A DNA stretch of 63,386 nt, counting the filler, from Reticulomyxa filosa (taxonomy: Eukaryota > Protista > Foraminifera): NCBI GenBank assembly GCA_000512085.1. It is 21 parts of 21 records of this genome, joined end to end, with 100 filler letters (N's around TTAATTAATTAA, not from the genome) between each part and the next. Parts side by side here need not be neighbours in the genome. Positions count along the whole stretch, not along the records: positions 35,643 to 43,509 come from ASPP01045997.1; positions 43,610 to 46,667 come from ASPP01028919.1; positions 46,768 to 48,336 come from ASPP01000051.1; positions 48,437 to 51,996 come from ASPP01004669.1; 17 more parts are not named here. One strand, 5' to 3'. Positions 37,818 through 51,181 of this stretch are shown here, piece after piece. Positions within the stretch are counted from its first letter, which is position 1. Each line of letters starts with the position of its first letter. Under the pieces are notes generated by a model. It was given only the letters and a program-made list of their open reading frames with translations, was not told the DNA's origin and did not search any database. The translations under genes and the position numbers were made by a program.

Positions 37818-38968
37818 CTAAAACTTCAAAATGTGACTTTGATGATGACCAGCCTGTAGAAGAATCTTTTGAACAAAATTTACCATTCCAGGAGGCCCAC
37901 ACAAACAAGTCACACACTGATTACTTGGGGTAAACATGTGCTGCTGAATCATTTCTGTATTGACTCTACCTTTTCCATGTTTCCAATTGTCAGTTGTCTT
38001 TTGTGTAGGTGTAGTTTTGTTTGTAAGTGAAAACTGTTCTTTTTTTCAATTTATGATAAGCATCATTGTTAACTTTAGTGCAGGTAAAGAAGACTTTGAT
38101 ATTTGTGCAATTTGCACATATTTTCTCTATTTCTTTAAACAATAAGATATCAGTTTCACTGTGGTTAGCAAATAATAACGAGCACTCGACATTATTTTTC
38201 GAATGTCTATTTTCAAAAACGTGGCGAATGATCTGATACAATGGAGCAATCCCAGTTCCTCCTCCAATCAAACCAATTTTTGTCACATTTGACAAGCAAC
38301 TGGCTTTTGCTCCTTTTCCAATTCGGAATTCATTTAAATTGTTATTTTTGCCATACTCAATTCGACCTAACGGTCCACACATAAGAACTTCGTCTCCAAC
38401 ACACAGTTTATTTAATATTTGTGACATGCGACCTAAAAAAAAATGGTTTTGAAAAGAATCACAACACAAAATAAGTTTATAACTCTGGAAATAATTTCAA
38501 CTATTTGTTGTGTGTGGTTGTTTTTCTTTTCCTCTTTTTTATTTTGGAGGATATACCGCACCATCTTTATAAATTTTTATCATCAAATCGAAGTATTCCT
38601 TGTCTTGGTTTGTAGATATTGGTGTATAAGACCGTGTCACAGTATTACTTGTATTTTCATTACATTGAATTGATAAGTGGTTTCCAACAGGCAATCTCAA
38701 GCACTGATCTTTTGGCAGACCGAATCGATAAATTTTCGTGTTATGTGTCATATCTTCAATTTTAATAATTTTAAAAGGTGTAAAATTGTCATTCAATGCA
38801 CATTGCAATTCTTTTTCATTGCTGCTTTGAGTGGTGTGAAGCTCTTGAGATTTCTTCTTTTTCTACAGCATATATTTTAGTAATGTAAACATATGTCGAG
38901 AATCGTAAAAATGAAAAAGCTGAGGAAAAAAAGGCCTTTACTTGCATCTTTCCACAAAAAGAGCCCAT
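37818..38968 (-). CDS. NADH-cytochrome b5 reductase
   Basis: HNTKIYRFGLP, LPVGNHL, RSYTP, FDLMIKIY, GRMSQIL, GLIGGGTGIAPLYQ, LLFANHSETDILL and CGPPGM. The N-terminus MGSFCG is a myristoylation/palmitoylation-type motif. Confidence 0.95.
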
Positions 38969-39479
38969 TAAATGCAAATGACGGAAACTAAGTTTCCAGA
39001 GTATTTTAAGAAAAATATCGTGATCAAACACCAAAACAGTTTTTTCCTTTGACGTCAAGCTCACTCTTTTATAACTACACTTATGACACTTTTACAAATA
39101 CTTTATAAAAAATTTGCCAAAAAGATAATATCAGCTGTGTTGTACTAGTGAAATGGCGCAATAAATATTGAATCAACTCTAAACATAATTTTTAAGTTTT
39201 TTCTTTTAAACCCCCGTGTGGAGCTTGTTGGAGCTGATCTAATTATTTTTTGTGCATTGATTTGAAAAAATGAATGCGTCCATTCTATCTCTTTCTTTTT
39301 GTTCTTGATCAATGGCTCTAATTTTGAGTTGACGATGATATGCAGGCATTACAAGTATCAATTTTTCCAAGTCCATGTTATTCACTGTTTTGTATTTTCT
39401 TTCTTTAAGAAGAAAAACGATCAAATGGTGTAAAAAATAATGTCAAACAAACCAACAAATTTTTGACTTTTGGTCTTAT

Positions 39480-39860
39480 CATTTGGCATTTCGTCGTCTA
39501 ACACAGACATTTTAGTTTCTGTCTCCGCATTTTGTCGATAATGCAGCCATTGAGCAAACACCTTAATAATCGTTTAGTTTCTTCCAATTTATATGAAAAA
39601 AGGAAAAAAAACAGAAAATAAAAATTTAAGAGACATGGAAGTCGACATGCTTGACCGAAGAACCTGTTACTTGCTTGAGATCGTTGAAAAGCTGAACCGG
39701 ATGTAATTGTAGCTCAGCAAACTCAAATGCACTCAACAACTCACAAATTTGTAATTCACCATCATTATTTTGATCAATAGCATCGAATATTGTTTTGTAA
39801 TATTGTTTTTTATCTTCAGGAATTTCATTTTTTATTTTTTTCCCATGCACAGTTAGCCAT
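39480..39860 (-). CDS. Small EF-hand protein (A-run frameshift near the 5' end; 3' structure uncertain)
   Basis: FDAIDQNNDGELQICEL is a canonical EF loop. Confidence 0.65.
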
Positions 39861-40802
39861 CGGTTTTTGTGTTCCTTATTTTGAGTTTGTTACAAAAAAA
39901 AGAAAACTGTTCCCTTTTTTTACTCCTATATATTTGTTTTCTTTTAATTTCTATTTCTTAGCAACTCACAATTTGTGAACTTTTGATAAGTTGTGAAATT
40001 TTTTTTTTTTTTCTGAAGTCGTCTCCGTCTTTCCGGTGTCAATATTAACAACTGTTTTTTTTTTTTCCTCCATTTCTTTGCATGAGATAAGGCGTATTTA
40101 TCTTACTATTTGGAAGCAACTACTCTTTTATGCGTCATACATGTGAATTGTTGTGTTACAAGGATTTAAACTATGACTTAGCGGAATTTGTAAGACCACA
40201 AAAACTAAAAATGGAGCTCTTGATTAATTCTTATTTTTTTTCAAAATTTTTTTTATTTTGATACCGTAAAGATATTGTTCATTAAGAATATATTTACCAG
40301 CTTCATTTTTATTGGAGATTTTTTGCAAGTGATGAGAGAAGAAAAGTGTGACTGCACCAAATTTTGTATCACTAAAAAATGTGTTGTTGTTCGGCACAAT
40401 TTACTTTTCAGTGACTGAGGTAAATGAATATAAAAACCGTGTTTAGAGTGTAGAGGAAACAGCTGTTTATTTCCTAAAATGTCAAAGTAAAATATATTTA
40501 AACAAATCAAATACAAATGGAAAGCCCCAAAAGGAGTTTAGCTTTAAAAAATGCAACATAGTAACACGAGAGACTGAAGAAAATTTGGCAAGTGAATCCA
40601 TCAAAGGGTATCGAAATATGATTGTGTCAAAAAAAAAAAAAAGCGACAAATTAAGGCCAAGAAAGGTGACAAGGGGGAAAAAAAACCAACAATTTAGAAT
40701 GTTTTTCTTTTTTCTTTTTTTTTCCCTCTCTCCTCATCTTCTCCTTTCCTCCTCCCCTCCTTGCTCTCTCCCGGTTTTTTTGGGAACAGTCCAAATAATA
40801 AA

Positions 40803-42500
40803 TTAAAATATTTGTGTGGATTGCACACAAGGTTTTCGATCAAGAGTCAACACTTGCCCGTCCACCTTCAAATATTTTGCCATGGACTTATACTCGATGA
40901 ACTCTTTGTCGTCTTTAGAAAGAAAGCTGATGATGTGAACGGTTTTGTTGTCAGCTCCACAACTAGCAGCCCGTTTCAGGTACATGTTAGGGCTGCAAAG
41001 ATCATAATTAATGACGACATTGCAATCGAATTTCCACAAATCATGCAATCCCCGCTGTCTGTCGGAACATAATAAGCCTTTGACTTTTCGCAAACGCACT
41101 TGTGAAAACAATTTCTCCATGTCTTCGTAAGGGTTACAATCATAGAGTACTACTTCGCTTTGGTCCAGTACGGATTGTAAGGATTGCGCCTGAGAAATAT
41201 TGAGAGATATGATATAAATGAATTATAAGCATATATTACATACATACATGCATACATGCATATATTACATGTATATACGTATATATTACATATGTATATA
41301 TATATATATATATTAAAAGGACGAAACTTTAGCAAAAAACTTGACAAAAATGAGTGCTTTTTCAAATGGATTGGAGTTACACAGTTGATGCAACAAAGAG
41401 AACTTAGACGCTTGGTTGTCACATTCGATATACCAATGTGAAAAGTGATGGCGAGAGCAGTTTTTGATGAATGGCTCTGTTCTGCCTTCTTCGCCGACAA
41501 TTTTCATAAAGTCTCGTTCCAAAACATCGTTCCAAATGTTTGTAAACATGACAATTTTGGCGCCAAACTGATGCGGATGCAGATGCGGACGACTGCTGCC
41601 ACTTTTAGCAGGCCAGGCGTCCACGGTAGGCGTACGTTGCGCGTTTAACACGTGCTGAAGCACATTGGAAAAGCTCGAGTGTCTCGAGCAAAACAATGTT
41701 TCCGCTTGCAACATGATTAAACTATGCAAATGTCGCGACACTTGTCCTTGGGCGTCAGAATCCAACAGTACCGGACCAAAGCTATCCGGTGTCCCAACAA
41801 ACAAATGCTGACCTTTCTGAAGACGCTGAGGGTCAGGAAACGCACGTTTTCGGCTTGCGGAATGCACGCGAAAGTTGCAAACACAATGAGCACGTTCTAA
41901 CCACTTTTTAATTTTGTGTACACAAATATAACATATATACATATATATATATATTTATTATTATTATTCGTACATATATGTGCTATATGTACGAAACGTT
42001 GACGATTCTGTCAATCCTTGAGGTTTGCGGTACAATAATAAAAACAAAGATAGGATGAGTGGAATCGAAATCATTAGGATGGGAAGAACCCGCTCTCTTC
42101 TCGCCGTCGTGATTGGACAAAAGCGAGTCGTGACTCGTGTCAAAGGAAGACAAGCCATGTGCATGTACGGACTTATCGTCTTTGACGTGACTTCGGTGAT
42201 GGCTTTTCACACGCTTTTCGTGAGAATACAAATCGTACAAAGCTAAGATAAGCGCCATGGTGGTCTTACCACTTCCCGCCGCGCCGGCAATGACATGACA
42301 GCGATCTGACAATGGGTTGCGATTGTTGTCGACCAGATCTTGAATCACTTGGGCTTGGACGTCGGTCATGTACTGCAATTTCACGCCGTCTGCTATGTTG
42401 GGCAAGTTCTTCACAAATGTCCCTGGAAATATTGAGTCAAACGTTTCTTGAGTGAACCGAGGCCCGGTGAATCTGGGACGTGACAAATTCTTTTGTCCAC

Positions 42501-42534
<34 letters not shown>

Positions 42535-42657
42535 GATTATTATTATTGCAATTGCCTGTTGGCTCTCCTCCAGTGACCATCCCATTGCTCATTACACTTT
42601 CGTTGTTGGAGTTATTCACATTCGCAAAGGACATTGAATTCATGGAGTTATTGTTAC

Positions 42658-42691
<34 letters not shown>

Positions 42692-43463
42692 ATTGTTATA
42701 ATTATTATAATTGTTATAATGGTTATTATTGTTATTATTGTTATTATTACAGTTATTACTGAGTGCTCCCATTGAATTAGTATTGCCACTTGCAGATAAA
42801 GAAGGACCCGACCAGAATGGATGAGGGGGAATAGAAGTATCAATCACATGCAAAAACTTTTTATTTTCTATTTTTGTTGTTGTTGTAATTATACTTGAAT
42901 AATAAAATACATACACACACATACACATATACGAGGAAAAAAAATATATATTAAAAAAATTGAAATTGCTCGCTTGACTAACTTGCACATGACTGATTAG
43001 GCTGCTTTCCTGCGACACAAGCAAAGGACAAAGGCTCATTGGCATTGCTGTGAATGACAGATTTTGCATTTCCTCCACCACCACCACCACCACCAGCAGT
43101 AGCATTGGCGTTGGCTGCACTTGACTCTTTGACCTTGTCTTGATCGCGCTCATAGCGGTGGACAGTAGTAACCATCGGGGCCACCATGGACTCTTTCTTC
43201 AACGTCGATATCGTGGTGTCTGTCGTCGCGCTTGCCATGTCGTCGACGACGCCCACACTGTGTGTACTATTGCCACTATTCGCGTGTGCGTTGCTTGTGT
43301 TCACATTGCTGTTACTGTGGTGGCGGTTGATCGGGGATATCGTAGTTCCCGGGGTTTTTTCATTATTATTTGAGCGTGCCAAGAACGTCAGCAACGATCC
43401 TTTTGGATGTTGCATCTTCTCACTGTCCGTTACTGTTCACATAAAGACTTTGGAGGGTCGTTT

Positions 43464-43465
<2 letters not shown>
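40803..43465 (-). CDS. DEAD-box helicase-like protein with degenerate catalytic motifs, 5' partial
   Basis: Q motif MTDVQ, motif I AGSGKTT, Ia IIVPQT, Ib VGTPD, II LIMLQAE, IV ALIFVK, V DRQRGL..VVINYD and VI YLKRAASCG, all in canonical order. N/Q/G-rich N-terminus. Confidence 0.85.
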
Positions 43466-43508
<43 letters not shown>

Positions 43509-43609
43509 TNNNNNNNNNNNNNNNNNNNNNNNNNNNNNNNNNNNNNNNNNNNNTTAATTAATTAANNNNNNNNNNNNNNNNNNNNNNNNNNNNNNNNNNN
43601 NNNNNNNNN

Positions 43610-44027
43610 CTTTCATTACCTTCTCCTATTTGCTGTTTTCCTTGGGTAGATATCTGAGAGTCCTGTTCAAATTGTAGTGGACATGTCACTTTCAGATTAT
43701 CAATATATCGCTGTGCAATTTTGGTTTGGGCATATATACAACCATCGTGAGGTTGGACAGGGCATGAATTAGGATTGACGTTCAAAAACTGCTTCAGGCA
43801 ATTATCACCACAATAGGTGATACATCCATATCTTTGTGTTGCGGACAATCTATTTCGATAGGATTGTTAGCAACTTGCTTGCAAATTAAACAAATAAACT
43901 GTTCAATTTGCTCTGATTGGCCCAGTTGTAATATCCAATCTTTATCGAAACATGACCGCTCAAAGGACACTATAGTCATGCCAGTTCGTGTCTCTTTTGG
44001 AGTTTTCTCGTCCTCTGCTTTGCTCAT
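43610..44027 (-). pseudogene. RING/TRAF-like zinc-finger N-terminus, frameshifted and truncated
   Basis: FICLICKQVANNPIEIDCPQH, then in another frame GDNCLKQFL..CPVQPHDGC..IDNLKVTCP. This could also be a sequencing error. Confidence 0.65.
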
Positions 44028-44889
44028 CTTTTCTCTTAGATCTTTCTTGTTTTTAAAATTTATTTATTACACTTCAACGATATTCATCTCACAGTTTTTT
44101 TAAAAAAGGGGCTGACAAAGAGCTCCTACTTTTGCAGTGACCTTAGTCAAAACAGGTTCAAAAGTTAAAAATCTTTAATCATGATTTCAAAATCGTTTTA
44201 TTCTGTGTTTTTTTTCCAATTTTTACACATAAATGGAATTTTATATGCATAATTTATAATTAAATCACTTTGTTTGCAATATCATATGTAACAAGTACAC
44301 AAGATTTGATATATTATCGAAAAATAGTTTAAAAAAAACTACTTTCTGTCTTTTTAACAAATATTTCAATTTTTGCAGTAAGCAGGTTCTGGCAAAACTC
44401 AATCCAAATCTTCAAATTAGTTCTGTTTGTCTCTAGGTTTTTTTTGCCTCTGTCATTTCAATTACAACATACTTTTGTTTTTTTACAAAGGGCTTCATTC
44501 TACGTAGAAATGGCACATCAAACCACGCACACGTTTTCCGCAAGTCTAAAGTTGAAAAATTTTGTGGAAGTGAGTAATAAGAACGCACAGATGCAACATA
44601 AAATATTTAATGTTATACGAATCACTATTGTCTTTTAAAAAATCCGTTTTTATTTGTAGGGGTTCTAAATAAAAAAAGGTTAATTCATCGTCATGTTCGA
44701 ACAACTTCAACAAACTTTTTCCAAGATAGATCAAGATGTTGTTTTAAACGCATGGGAGAGATGTAATAAAAATGTTGAAGAGACAAAGGCTCTATTGATT
44801 TGGATAACAGAAAACACGTAACAATATATATATTTCTCTTTTTTTAATACACAAAAGCATTATATCACTTTCATGCTTTTTTAATACAG

Positions 44890-46667
44890 TACAAATTTAC
44901 AACAACAACATCATTTGATGATATTCTTCCAAGAGTTTGGCAATAAACTTAAAAAAACAACGATATTACAAACATGGAAAAATTGCAATACGATTTTTGT
45001 TGATACGCACGAGAAATTAAAAGAAATTTGTGCAACTTCCAATTTGAATGAGTTAAATGTAAATAAAATATACAACAAACTTAATAAATATAATATAATA
45101 TATGATAGGCTGAAAGAAGAAAATGAATTAAAAATATATCGAGAAATATGTTTACACATTTTGTGGAATATTTTAAAATATCCTAAACATATCAAATATC
45201 GTCAAATTAACAAACAAGCTTTATACAACTATTTATTTCAGAAATGTCATACATTAGGTACAGATTGTGAGAGAGTATTCATAGGTATGGAAGGAGAGTT
45301 GCAACATATTGGATTCAAAAAAGGATATGATGATAATTGGTATTATCAATATGATCATATTCAATTATTACATCTGTGGAATTGTTATCAATCAGTAATT
45401 ACTCTACAAACAATGTATCTTATGTGTGTTTTAATAAATCAAATGGTATAAATTAACTGATATAACCAATAGATATAAAACGAGATATTGGATTGTACAA
45501 AGAGTATGTATGTTATCGAATGGAAAATGGAAAGACTATGAAAGTGCATTTGATTATGAACATCGAACAATAATGTTATTTGATCAAAATAAATTAAAAA
45601 TAAAGTCATTACAACTTGGAAATCCAAACAAATCATCACTGGAATTCAATGTGAGTATTCAATGGTATAATCATATTGATATTATTGAAACACATGCAAA
45701 ATGGGCTTGTCTCATTCTCAATCATACCTGGCACTTTCGCACATCCTTTGTCTTAGATAGAGATGATTTATCAAATTGTATATCAGTTAATGAAAGCAAA
45801 AACATGAAAATGTCTTTATCAATTATCTGTGAATTGTTGAATTATTACACTTGTATTTCAAACACAGGAGTTCAACTCTTTCCATGTCATTTGGAAATCT
45901 ATGGATAATAGAACACACAAAGGGCCATTGAATCCATATTCAACCACTTTCAAACAAGGAATACAACATATAAAACATAATTTACAAATGAGAGATCATT
46001 TTATTGATGGAACAGATGAATTGATATTATTTGAATATAAATTTGACAAATGTAGACCAGCAATATCATCAAAAATAAATGACTCAGATGTATTATTACA
46101 TGATATTTACAAACATTTTTCTCATTATCCAATTATTCAAGTATATTGGGAAATAAAATATGCATTCATCGTACCTTACAAGCGCACAATTGGCATTGAA
46201 AGAAATAATTTACCAAAAAATGGTGAATTAGATATTGAATTTATTCCATCAAATCAAAAAACTAAATTCAATCCATTATTGTATGAATGTGATTTGAACA
46301 AACTTAAAATGATTGGAGATTCAACAAATGTAAAATTGACAAGGAACAATGAACTGCAGAAATTGTTACACGAAGTGATAAAAAATGATCATTTGAATGA
46401 TTTAGCCACATTACAGCACACAAACAAAACAGAGAAAGATAAACTTTGCGAAAATATCAAACGACAAATTAGTTATAATGAAGAAAATGACGGGGATGAA
46501 TTGATATTAAATGATAAAATATTAACAATATTAAATGAATTGAAGATATTGTATCATGATGATATTCATAAACAAATGGGATATCCACTTCAATTATGGG
46601 ATATTTGTGCAATTTTATTGTATTGTGGTAAATCATGTAATGAAAAATTCAGTTATGATCAAATACA
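44890..46667 (+). CDS. PUB-like domain protein running into a probable ADP-ribosyltransferase-like domain, partial
   Basis: LHILWNILKYPKHIKYRQIN..LQHIGF is PUB-like. There are three exons, and the contig ends at QMGYPLQLWDICAILLYCGKSCN. Confidence 0.6.
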
Positions 46668-47035
46668 NNNNNNNNNNNNNNNNNNNNNNNNNNNNNNNNN
46701 NNNNNNNNNNNTTAATTAATTAANNNNNNNNNNNNNNNNNNNNNNNNNNNNNNNNNNNNNNNNNNNNTTCGGTTCCAATTTTAAAAAGAGTATGACAAAA
46801 TTTAAGATTGTGAAGAATAGATTTTTTTCTCTTCGTGTTTGGTTTGTAATTCTATCTTTTTTCACACTGCAAATTTCTGCTTTCTTAGTTGACATGCGCA
46901 AACGATTTACTTGAACGACAAAAAGTGGAGCCAATTCAACTGCTTGCAAAGACAAAGCTAGGTGAAGCAATGACGTCAAATTAAAAAATGGCAATTGTTT
47001 TATGCGCTTTTAATCTTCAAAAACAACAAAAAGTT

Positions 47036-48225
47036 TTAATCATGATCATACTCAAAGACTGCAAAATCATCATACAATAAATTACCATTGCGATCGTAAT
47101 GCAAGGGGAAGTAGCATTTTTGGCAGAAATAGAAAGGGTTGTGAGTTGTGTATTTGTCCCCATATGTAACAAATTTGGCAGGGAACATTTCGCAAACGTA
47201 GCATTTTTGTCTTCGCAGCAGTTGTTGAAAAGAAGTGAACGGATACGCAAAGATGTTGACAGGGTCGCTACGATGAGCCATTCGAATGCTGGTGACGACG
47301 ATGATATGTTCACAATTTCCCTGGTGCACAAACAAGTAATGTGAGCCCAATCGAAGATTCAAATCAAAAAACCGGGTCCTGTTCATGTCTTCTTGTCGAA
47401 ACACCCCCAATCGTTTCCAAATTTCGCCATCACTTGCAGAGCGACACCAATCGACAATTGGTCTTTTTATTTAAGTTAATAAAATATACATATATATTTT
47501 TTTTTTCGGAACAAGAGTTAGAAAATCTCCACAAATAACATAACATATATATGCATATATAAACTGAGAAATGCGATGAGCGCCATCATGCCTCATATCA
47601 TCGTAAAAAACGTTTTCAATAAAAAAGAAAGAATTTTTGAAAGACGACGTGATGGAATCTTTGTCCATCAGACATTGGATTTGGTCTCTCAAATCGCACA
47701 AAAAGTGCTTTCCAAAGAGTAGAAACTCGTTAGCTTTGGTAAAGCGACAGCTCGATTTATTGCTATGAAACACCGCGACAGATATGACTACATCATTCAG
47801 GCTTGTCAATTCAAATCCCAAAGTTCTTTCCGTGTTGTTCATACGAAAGCGATAGGTTAAATCGGTTAATGCATTTACTTCTGTTTTCACCTGTGGTTCG
47901 TCAAACCGTTTTCGTAGCATCCTTTCCCATTTATTTTTTTATTTTTAAGTTGTTTTAAGTTTGTCTTTGAACAAGTTTAGTATTTTTTTTTTTTTTTTTT
48001 TTTTGGATAACAAACTGTAATCTGGCAAAAGGTAGACACAATTCCTTGTACGTAGGAAGGATTACATGTTTGGCGAATTCAATGTGTGCCCTTTCAAAAG
48101 CCTTGCGTTTTCTCTCCAACATTTCTTTAGAATCGTCAGTGCTATCGCTGTCTACTTCTATAGGTGTCTGCGCTTTTCCGTTGTTCACGCCGCAACTTGC
48201 ACCGTCCGCTGTGTCTCTCTGTTGG
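47036..48225 (-). CDS. SNAPC3: snRNA-activating protein complex subunit 3 (SNAP50), 5' partial
   Basis: LCDLRDQIQC, SFFFIENVFYDDMR, FFDLNLRLGSHYLFVHQGNCEH and the zinc finger CYVC..FCQKCYFPLHYD. Confidence 0.93.
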
Positions 48226-48519
48226 TTGAAAGTTTTGTTTAAATACGACACATTTTTTTTTCTCTCAATATCAAAAAGTTTCAAACATTACAAAAAAAAA
48301 AAATTTTTTTTTGTATGTTGTTATTTCTCGTTGTTTNNNNNNNNNNNNNNNNNNNNNNNNNNNNNNNNNNNNNNNNNNNNTTAATTAATTAANNNNNNNN
48401 NNNNNNNNNNNNNNNNNNNNNNNNNNNNNNNNNNNNATATATATATATATATATGTATATACATATGTGGTTATGCCACATACACATGCATACAAAAAAA
48501 AACCCCCACACAACAACTC

Positions 48520-49057
48520 AAACAAAAGTCTTTTGATTTAATATTTTGCCGCAGTCGATTTTGGGCGTCACGTCGATGATAGTCGCGCCGCTTACGGTGT
48601 TGCCATACAGGAGTGCATAGGGCAATGGCGCGGGCCCACGATATTGCGGTAGCAATGACGGGTGCATGTTCAACATCCCCAATGGAAATGACTCGATTAT
48701 GTGCTTTGGAATCAAATATCCAAATGATATTATCAATCCTATCTCCCACCCCTTTTTACCGCTTTGCGGATGCGGAACTGTCCATCCGTTCATTCGAAAG
48801 TCTATTTCTCTTGGAACTGCATGAAATGGGACTTTATTTTCGATACACCATTTTTCTGGTGCTTTTTTTTTTTTGTGTGTGTGAAAAAAAAAAATTAAAA
48901 AACAAAATCAAACCGAAATTGACAGAAACTTACGAGTTTTCTTTTTGGAACCAGTCTCTGGAGATATCACTTCAAGATGACTCAACGCTGGACATTTGAT
49001 CAAATGTCGCAAACTGGCCACCGTCACCAGATCTGATCCAAATACCAATGCTCGCAT
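48520..49057 (-). CDS. Methionyl-tRNA formyltransferase (organellar type), 3' partial
   Basis: N-terminal MRALVFGSD, then SFGYLIP, LNMHPSLLPQYRGPAPL and IDCGKIL. Spliceosomal introns are present. Confidence 0.9.
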
Positions 49058-49268
49058 GTTTCAATTCATCAGGGGGGGCAATTTTTTCAATAAAAATTTG
49101 TAAAGTGTTCGTGTCAAGAGTTTTGTTTTTTCTTATTAATTTGTCACGGTAAGTGCTGCTCAGTGGCAAAAATATCAATCCCAGCACTACGTTACCAGTC
49201 AAAAGACACAGAACCTTTTTTACTGTCCTTTTTTTTTTTAACAACATTATCTTCCTTCTCGGAAAAGT

Positions 49269-50699
49269 ATGTTTAAAAAAATTTTTAGTAAAACGAAAAA
49301 ATCTGCACCTACTCGCCGCGGGTCCGATTCGGAGCCTAAGTATTATTCGAAGACTGCTGATCTTTCACTAAAGTCAGAACCTGACTCAACAGTGGCGCCA
49401 GCCCCCCTTCCTTCCGAACCCAAGAATGTTCCAAAAGTGGTACCCTCTCTCGGTTCAACAGTGAACATTTTCAAGGAGATGTCAACAAGGCGATTAAGAA
49501 AAAAAAGACCTACAAGATCATTTTGCACAACTGGGTAGCAATTTATATGCATATATAAACATATACATTTTTTTTTTTTTTTGTATTTTAACCGCTTAAA
49601 AAAAAAAAAAGGCGCGAGAATGCGGAATAAACATTGAGTTTTTCCCCGAGTACATGAATAATTACATAACGCTGTTTTCAGCCGACCCGAAGGGCATGCC
49701 CGAGAACACAACGAAAAGCGAAACGCTAGTGCCAGGACACGCGTCACACGTGACGCGTATCAGCAATCAAGAGAACGCAGAGGTGAACAAGAATGTACCC
49801 GTGAATCGCTTGCAACTAGCAGAGCGTCGCCATCTGGAGCTGTTCCGCTGCGACTGCTGTACATTCACATCTGGCTACTTCAAGGAATTGAGTGTCGACG
49901 CGCTTACCATCACCGATTGTTACGGGTGCAATATTTCCGTACGTAATGTAAAAGGTTTAAATTTTTTTTTTTTTTAAAAAAAAGGAGGGTATTTTTTTTA
50001 TCGCATGTTTCTTACATTTAAAAAAAAAACTTTTTTTTTTTTTTAGGCACGATCGAATTGATAAATTGTGAAGATGTGAGGGTGATAATATTGGAAACGG
50101 TAACGTGCATAGTGATTGATGGCAGTGTGAATGTTTGCATTCGCCTGTTCAAATCATCCTTTGCGAAGGAACATATCGCGAAGATGATAAAGGCGAAACC
50201 AGTCAAATTCAAATCATCGGGAAGCTCGAAGAAAAAAAGCTCAAAGAAACCTAGCAAACCCAGTGCCAGTCCAACGTTCGAATCAAAAAAACCCCAGAAA
50301 GAAGCGAAAGAAATAAAACACACGAAAGAAGAAGAACCACAACACACGAAAGAGGAACCACAACACACAACAGAGGCTCCGAAATCAGTGGAGGAAAAGA
50401 AAGACACTTTGGACGAGGTCCATATCCCGATCCCGACGATCTTGTCCTCGAATAGTGCACAGTTCCATGTCGAAATTGTCGACGATGTGTCCGAAGAGGG
50501 CAAGTCCACGGTTTGGAGGGCCAAACTTGTCATCGCTGAAAATCGGGAAAATCACAGCACACGCTATCAATGCACCAAAATTGACATCAACAATCAACAG
50601 TTGTTTGCTCGCAATGCTGATGAATTGGGATTTGAAGTACCTGCTGTTACTGAGGTCACTGAGGATATTGCCCCTGATCATCCTTCTTCTCTCAAATAA
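49269..50699 (+). CDS. C-CAP/cofactor-C-like beta-helix protein
   Basis: LELFRCDCC..ALTITDCYGCNISVRNVK|GTIELINCEDVRV..CIVIDGSVNVCI. Three exons. Confidence 0.7.
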
Positions 50700-51181
50700 G
50701 TATTGGCTGTTTTCGCTTCGCACAACTAATTCATATTATATGACTTAGAGTATATAGTTTTGTCATTGTTCTTATTGCTATTCGCTCATTCTTGTGCTAT
50801 GTTTCTTATATCTCTTAAAAAATTGAGTCTCTCTGTGTTGTAAATCGCAATGTTTTCGCAAATAATTTTTGTGTTTGATTCATATTTTAAAATGAGGTAT
50901 AAAAAATGATGAATTGCAAACCTCAAACAAGTATAAACTGATCCAAGTCAACAATTCAAACAATTATTGCAACAAAATTTCAAAAACAGTATCAGTTCAT
51001 CTGTTTGTATTTGGAAATTTTGGATGCATAGCATAACAATAACAAAGGATTATTTAAAAAAAAAAGGAAAACCAATTGCCCATCTTCGACCATGCACAAA
51101 AAAAAATCGTAGTTGCACAATATTAACTTTGGATATCAATTTTTTTTCCTCCTTTGACAAAAAATGGATTTTTTTTTTTGG

